DNA of 64,000 nt from Candidatus Zhuqueibacter tengchongensis (lineage in GTDB: Bacteria > Zhuqueibacterota > Zhuqueibacteria > Zhuqueibacterales > Zhuqueibacteraceae), in NCBI GenBank assembly GCA_034506175.1, contig JAPDQB010000038.1:2003-66002 (forward strand), in the 5' to 3' direction. Below are positions 59,226-64,000 of the stretch, in pieces (the first letter of the stretch is position 1; every line of letters starts with the position of its first letter). The position numbers were made by a program, and so were the translations under genes. The notes under the pieces were generated by a model. The model made no database searches. It saw only the letters and a program-made list of their open reading frames with translations, and was not told the DNA's origin.

Positions 59226-59256
59226 CCCCAAGCCTTTTTAAAGGCTTGGGGTTTTT
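59226..59256 (+). terminator. Rho-independent terminator after the tRNA cluster
   Basis: CCCCAAGCC tttttaaa GGCTTGGGG followed by TTTTT. Confidence 0.8.
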
Positions 59257-59375
59257 ATTTTATGACATTTTTTTAACCCGCAAAACCATCGCTCGGCAGG
59301 TAAATATAATTCTTGTTTAGTTTCTTAAAATGCAAAGTACACCTGTGAAATTTTACAAGGAGAAATCATTTCATC

Positions 59376-60545
59376 ATGTCTCTGAGCATACCTCACGGCG
59401 GCAAGCTGGTGGATCGCATTCTTCGCGGCGAAGAACGCGAAGCCGCTTTGCGCCGCGCCCGTGATGCGAAAAAAATCCCGCTTTCCGATGTCGGCGTCTC
59501 CGATCTCGAAATGATAGCCAACGGCGCGATGAGTCCGCTGACCGGCTTTATGGCGAAAGTTGATTATGAAAGCGTCGTGCAAAATATGCGGCTGTCCAAC
59601 GGCCTGGTCTGGTCGCTGCCGATCACGCTGGCGGTGGCAAAAGAAACCGCCGCCGACATTCGCCTTGATGAAGAAGTGGCTTTGGTTGAAAACGGCACTG
59701 GCGGCGCGATTTTGGGCGTGATGAAAATCGCGGAGAAATTTGAATACAACAAAACCCGGGAAGCCAGGGAAGTTTATCGGACGACGGAGGCCGCGCATCC
59801 CGGCGTCGCGCGCGTGCTGAGTCAGGGCGAAGTTTGCCTCGCCGGCGAAGTGTGGATGATCAACCGTCCCTCGAACGTGAGGTTTGCGGAATATCGCCGT
59901 GATCCAGCGGAGACGCGGCGCATTTTCAGGGAGCGCGGCTGGACGACGGTGGTCGGTTTTCAAACGCGCAATCCGGTGCATCGCGCTCACGAATATATTC
60001 AGAAATGCGCCATGGAAATCGTCGACGGGCTTTTGTTGCATCCACTTGTTGGAGAGACAAAAAAAGACGATATTCCGGCGGATTTGCGAATGGAAAGTTA
60101 TCAGGCGCTGCTGAAAAATTACTACCCACTCAACCGCGTGTTGTTGAGCGTGTTTCCGGCGGCGATGCGCTACGCCGGACCGCGTGAAGCGATTTTTCAT
60201 GCCTTATGCCGCAAGAATTACGGCTGTACGCATTTCATCGTCGGCCGCGATCACGCCGGCGTCGGCAAATATTACGGCACGTATGACGCCCAACAAATTT
60301 TCACCCACTTTACGTCCCAGGAGTTGGGCATTACGACGTTGAATTTTGAAAATTCGTTTTTTTGCAAAAAATGCGGCGCGGTGGTGACGAGCAAAACCTG
60401 CCCGCACGACGGCGCGTATCAAGTCATGCTGTCCGGCACGCAAGTGCGTGAAATGCTCGGCCGCGGTGAAGCGCCGCCGCCGGAATTCAGCCGGCCGGAA
60501 GTTGTGCAGATTTTGATAAAAGGACTGCGCCACGCTTCGGCGTGA
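59376..60545 (+). CDS. sat: Sulfate adenylyltransferase (ATP sulfurylase)
   Basis: 389 aa with [27 protein letters not shown] and GRDHAGVG motifs. Confidence 0.92.
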   Translation: MSLSIPHGGKLVDRILRGEEREAALRRARDAKKIPLSDVGVSDLEMIANGAMSPLTGFMAKVDYESVVQNMRLSNGLVWSLPITLAVAKETAADIRLDEEVALVENGTGGAILGVMKIAEKFEYNKTREAREVYRTTEAAHPGVARVLSQGEVCLAGEVWMINRPSNVRFAEYRRDPAETRRIFRERGWTTVVGFQTRNPVHRAHEYIQKCAMEIVDGLLLHPLVGETKKDDIPADLRMESYQALLKNYYPLNRVLLSVFPAAMRYAGPREAIFHALCRKNYGCTHFIVGRDHAGVGKYYGTYDAQQIFTHFTSQELGITTLNFENSFFCKKCGAVVTSKTCPHDGAYQVMLSGTQVREMLGRGEAPPPEFSRPEVVQILIKGLRHASA

Positions 60546-60637
60546 GTTTTATTCATCATGAAACGTGAAACGTGTAACGGCCTCAAGATGAGAGGCGCAA
60601 AAGTTCTGTGAACGCCGTCATCGGGCTTGTCATTCCG

Positions 60638-60868
60638 TAGGAATTGCCATGCCCATCTGGACACCCATCACGATGAAAATGTAGCGCAGACATCTTGTCT
60701 GCACGCCGGCTGGAAGCCTGCGCTACGGCATTTTGGTGGTAATTGCCCATGCCGGGTTCGACACCCGCTAATGATGAAAATAAACGTTTGTCGTGTCGCC
60801 TCCAGGCGTTCAACTTTTGTCGGGAGCCCGACGCTTAAAGGCGAAACTACGAACTTATTTTCAGAGGA
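60638..60868 (+). repeat. ~230-nt composite structured repeat, copy B3
   Basis: Full-length match to B1 and B2. It lies between sat and cysC in the sense orientation. Confidence 0.85.
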
Positions 60869-61020
60869 GTCTTTTTGCATTTTAAGCTCTGTGCCAGTGC
60901 GAAAAAGATTTTTCCAGAATGAGATGTGTGCGAAGGGCTGAATAGTTGCAGAACAAGAGCGTTGCGCGTAACACGTTACACGAAAACATGGACAAAACGA
61001 ATTTAATAAGGAACCATATC

Positions 61021-61644
61021 ATGACCAACTCCCCCCGTGGCTGCACTATATGGTTTACCGGCCTCTCCGGCGCCGGCAAGTCGACCATCACCGAGCATCT
61101 TGTCCCGTTGTTAAAAGCGCGCGGCAGCAAGGTGGAAGTGCTTGACGGTGACGTGGTGCGCACCAATTTGAGCAAAGGCCTGGGATTTTCCAAGGAAGAT
61201 CGTGACACCAACATCCGGCGCATCGGCTTCGTCTGCCATTTGCTGTCGCGCAACGGCGTGATCGCCATTGCCGCGGCGATTTCTCCTTACAAAGCCATTC
61301 GTGATGAAAATCGCGCGCTGATCAAAGACTTCGTCGAAGTCTATGTGAAAGTTTCGCTCGAAACTTGCATTCAGCGTGATGTCAAAGGCCTTTATAAAAA
61401 AGCACTGGCCGGTGAGATCAAGGAATTTACTGGCGTCAGCGATCCGTACGAGCCGCCGGACAATCCGGACGTGGTTTGCGAAACCGAAAAGGAAACGCCG
61501 CTCGAAAGCGCGCAAAAGATTATTCGCAAACTGGAAGAAATGGGTTATCTTTCTCCAACTGCCCATGCTGGCGATGACGGTTGCTTCACCGTCGGCGATC
61601 CCAGGGCGCACCAGCCGCAGCCGTCGGTATTGGCAGCGGTGTAA
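61021..61644 (+). CDS. cysC: Adenylyl-sulfate (APS) kinase
   Basis: GCTIWFTGLSGAGKST P-loop, LDGDVVRTNLSKGLGFSKEDRDTNIRR, and SPYKAIRDE. The start at 61021 is preceded by AAGGAA. The track ORF starts at 60946, inside the repeat-flanking DNA. Confidence 0.9.
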   Translation: MTNSPRGCTIWFTGLSGAGKSTITEHLVPLLKARGSKVEVLDGDVVRTNLSKGLGFSKEDRDTNIRRIGFVCHLLSRNGVIAIAAAISPYKAIRDENRALIKDFVEVYVKVSLETCIQRDVKGLYKKALAGEIKEFTGVSDPYEPPDNPDVVCETEKETPLESAQKIIRKLEEMGYLSPTAHAGDDGCFTVGDPRAHQPQPSVLAAV

Positions 61645-61672
61645 TCTTTTCAAAACAATGTTTGATTTTCCC

Positions 61673-61704
61673 AAAGCCGAGGACATGACTCGGCTTTTTT
61701 ATTT
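61673..61704 (+). terminator. Rho-independent terminator after cysC
   Basis: AAAGCCGAG gacatga CTCGGCTTT followed by TTTATTTTT. Confidence 0.8.
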
Positions 61705-61987
61705 TTGGAAAACCCGATTTTGCATTTAAACAGCATTGAATTTGATGCTTGTAATATATGTTGGGATTTTGTATATTGGTGCGGGTTTGCTCGGCGCCAT
61801 CCGGACGAGTTGGAACCGCAAAGTACGCTCATGGAAGATCCCGCCGCGGTGACATGGCGGAAAGGATTGGCACCAATCCATTGCGGCGCGAGTTTTCTTC
61901 CCGCAGCCGGATTTTTACTCTTGTAAAGATTGCGCGGGCAAGTCGCGAGGTTGTGCAAGCCCGATTCTCCGGCCTTTTCGTGATTCT

Positions 61988-62118
61988 AAACCCCAACACG
62001 GACGAGCCGCAACCAAAAAGAATTACTCGTTAACAGAAATGAAACTCTCACTGAAGTGAATTTTTCTGTGTGAGTTCAAATTCTGTGAGCCAAAAGTCTT
62101 TGCTTTTTTTGGCGAAGA
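61988..62118 (+). repeat. D-type repeat segment, copy D2
   Basis: AAACCCCAACACGGACGAGCCGCAACCAAAAAGAATTACTCG...TTCTGTGAGCCAAAAGTCTTTGCTTTTTTTGG aligns with 44077-44207. Confidence 0.75.
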
Positions 62119-62153
62119 TTCAACTTCTAAAAGATTATTGACTGGCGATAACC

Positions 62154-63662
62154 ATGATCGGCGACCCTGAAGATACCGTATCCGAAAATATTTCTGTGCC
62201 CAGAATGGGGTTGTTAATTGATCAAGGGTTTAGGAAGCTTTTTGAGGCGGTGCCGGATGCCATCCTCATTGTCAACCCCCAGGGCACAATTGTCATGGCC
62301 AATGCGCAAGCTGAGAAGTTGTTTGGTTGCACCTTGCAGGAACTGCTTGGTGTCACCGTGGAGAATTTGGTGCCGGAGCGTTTTCGTGATCAACATCTTC
62401 ATCAATGCGCCGCTTACTTTGCAAATCCGCAAGCGCGTCCGATGGGCGCGGGTTTGGAGCTTTATGGTTTGCGCAAGGACGGCAGCGTTTTCCCCGCGGA
62501 AATCAGCCTCAGTCCCCTGCAAACCGCCGATGGCACGCTGGTCGTTTGTGTGCTGCGCGACATGACGGCGCGCCAGCAGGCCGAGGCGCAGCTCGCCTAT
62601 CATTCCCATTTGCTCGCCAATATCAATGACGCGGTCGTGGCTTCTGACCATCACTTTGTGATCACCGCCTGGAATCGCGCCGCGGAAGTGCTCTATGGCT
62701 GGAAGGCGGAAGAGGTAATTGGCCGGTCGGCGCCGGAGATTTTTCGCACTGGCGTCGTTAACCTGGAGCGGTCGCGAACCATCCGGTTGTTAATGGCGAC
62801 GGGGCATTTCAAGGGCGAAGTGATTCACTATCATAAAAGCGGCGCGCCAATTTATGTTGAAGTCACCGCTATTGCGCTGCGCGATGAACAGGGCCGCACC
62901 AGCGGTTACGTCAGCGTGAACCGGGACATTACCGAGCGCAAGCGGGCGGAAAAGGCACTGCGCCAGAGCGAGGAGCGTTTCCGCGCGCTGATGGAAGAAT
63001 TGCGAACTTCGCGCGAACAGTTGCGCCATCATTATGTTCATTTGCAAACGGTTCGTGAAGAAGAACGGTCACGGATTGCGCGGGAGATTCACGACGAGCT
63101 GGGGCAGGTGCTCACCGCTTTGAAGATGGATTTGTCCTGGCTGCACAACGGCCTGCCCGGCTCATACCCGGGGCTGCGAGAAAAAGCCAAATCCATGCTG
63201 AAGCTTATCGATATGACCATCAAAACCGTGCAGCGGATTTCGGCGGAGCTGCGGCCGGGCATGTTGGATGACCTTGGCCTCTCCGCCGCCATCGAATGGC
63301 AGGCCAGGGAATTTCGTGATCGCACTGGCATCGAAACGGAAGTGGTCTTTTCGCCGGAAGACATCGTTATCGATCACGAGCGCTCAACTGTCATCTTTCG
63401 CATCTTTCAGGAAACCCTGACCAATATCGCCCGCCACGCCAGGGCCACCAAGCTTAAAATCAACCTGGTAAAAGGCGCAGACAAGCTCATCTTGAAGGTG
63501 CGCGACAATGGCAAAGGCATTACGAAAGAACAAATTTTCGACGCGAAATCGTTCGGGCTTATTGGCATGAGGGAGCGTGTCGATCCCTGGAAGGGAAAAG
63601 TTAAAATTAAAGGAATACCGAACCAGGGAACGATTATTTTTGTCAGCATTCCATTGCCGTGA
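62154..63662 (+). CDS. Cytoplasmic PAS-PAS sensor histidine kinase (HisKA_3 / NarL-partner type)
   Basis: 502 aa: two PAS-like modules (AILIVNPQGTIVMANAQAEKLFG; AVVASDHHFVITAWNRAAEVLYGW), a coiled coil, the HisKA_3 H-box (EEERSRIAREIHDELGQ) and HATPase_c (RDNGKGI ... GLIGMRER). Confidence 0.88.
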   Translation: MIGDPEDTVSENISVPRMGLLIDQGFRKLFEAVPDAILIVNPQGTIVMANAQAEKLFGCTLQELLGVTVENLVPERFRDQHLHQCAAYFANPQARPMGAGLELYGLRKDGSVFPAEISLSPLQTADGTLVVCVLRDMTARQQAEAQLAYHSHLLANINDAVVASDHHFVITAWNRAAEVLYGWKAEEVIGRSAPEIFRTGVVNLERSRTIRLLMATGHFKGEVIHYHKSGAPIYVEVTAIALRDEQGRTSGYVSVNRDITERKRAEKALRQSEERFRALMEELRTSREQLRHHYVHLQTVREEERSRIAREIHDELGQVLTALKMDLSWLHNGLPGSYPGLREKAKSMLKLIDMTIKTVQRISAELRPGMLDDLGLSAAIEWQAREFRDRTGIETEVVFSPEDIVIDHERSTVIFRIFQETLTNIARHARATKLKINLVKGADKLILKVRDNGKGITKEQIFDAKSFGLIGMRERVDPWKGKVKIKGIPNQGTIIFVSIPLP

Positions 63663-63971
63663 TTTTGTAGGACGAATACCGACAAATTCCGGGCAGCGGC
63701 TGACAAAAAAAGAGACTTTCGCTGATTGCCGTTGCCGGCCGGGATGATTACCTTCCGTGTCGGGGTAATTTTCCAAACTTCGAATGTTTCTGAGATGCCA
63801 GTTCACCGTCCGCATGCTTTTGCGCGAGATGGTGATGTTGTCACAACCATTTTGCTCAAATCAAGAAGCGTTCGAGGGCTTGCTTGAACTGCTGCCTTTT
63901 GCCAGGCAGAACTTGCAATTTTGAAGCATGAGCAGGTCGCCCATGGGTATTTATCCTTTGAGGTTGCAGGC

Positions 63972-64000
63972 ATGATCAATGTGCTCATCGTTGATGATCA
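63972..64000 (+). CDS. Probable response regulator, first 9 codons only (runs off window)
   Basis: MINVLIVDD is a typical receiver-domain start, downstream of a HisKA_3 kinase. Too little sequence is present for certainty. Confidence 0.35.

Noticed and set aside
58831-59376. Integrated mobile element or genomic island at the tRNA cluster
   Set aside because: No integrase, no att-like duplicate of a tRNA 3' end, and no phage or conjugation genes follow. A clean terminator and the housekeeping sat gene come next.
61650-61987. Small ORFs between cysC and the histidine kinase (61650-61958 -, 61705-61926 +, 61758-62033 +)
   Set aside because: They are mutually overlapping, lack ribosome-binding sites and motifs, and run into repeat D2. 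The region looks like non-coding or decayed DNA.

Overview
This 64-kb fragment is probably from an uncultured Gram-negative bacterium of the FCB type. That placement is an inference from four proteins with T9SS C-terminal sorting domains, a PorV-family gene, and TonB-dependent receptors with CarboxypepD_reg N-termini.

Genes run in four long co-directional blocks:
1. 1-15247 (minus strand). An anaerobic benzoyl-CoA pathway cluster (had-oah-dch, a membrane protein, a cupin, an SDR and two Bcr-type reductase subunits, the last running off the window edge). Upstream of it lies a complete Pho cluster (OprO/P-type porin, pstS, long-form pstC and pstA, pstB, phoU) with a candidate Pho-box array.
2. 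15893-28030 (plus strand). A degenerate receiver protein, a secreted protein, and a 962-aa beta-helix-like T9SS cargo protein built from a 1260-nt tandem duplication with a 788-nt perfectly identical core. These are followed by a TonB-dependent receptor, mgsA, a ubiX remnant, an IS66 transposase remnant, a ROK kinase and a 774-aa unknown protein.
3. 42969-28412 (minus strand). A consensus sigma70 promoter, an M20 peptidase, a secreted cyanophycinase, a YfcC-type transporter, a T9SS cargo protein and an RpiR regulator. After a 40-bp perfect palindrome come a TonB-dependent receptor, an 837-aa T9SS cargo protein, PorV and a two-domain S51 T9SS cargo protein.
4. 43113-64000 (plus strand). A tryptophanase pseudogene and an AT-rich gap, then an 11.7-kb operon encoding two giant TPR/coiled-coil proteins, a small secreted protein, ExbB, two ExbD and an AgmX/PglI-type TonB-like protein. 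These are followed by aspS, three tRNAs, sat, cysC, a PAS histidine kinase and the start of a response regulator.

The intergenic DNA holds several repeat families: GTAG-headed REP/REPIN-like palindromes, a roughly 230-nt composite element in three copies, GACCGGTC hairpins, and a roughly 195-nt element that abuts decayed genes.

I saw no CRISPR array, rRNA, intact transposase or recognisable defence system. The best candidates for new biology are the TPR-ExbBD-AgmX/PglI operon and the S51/M20/TBDR/PorV/T9SS array.
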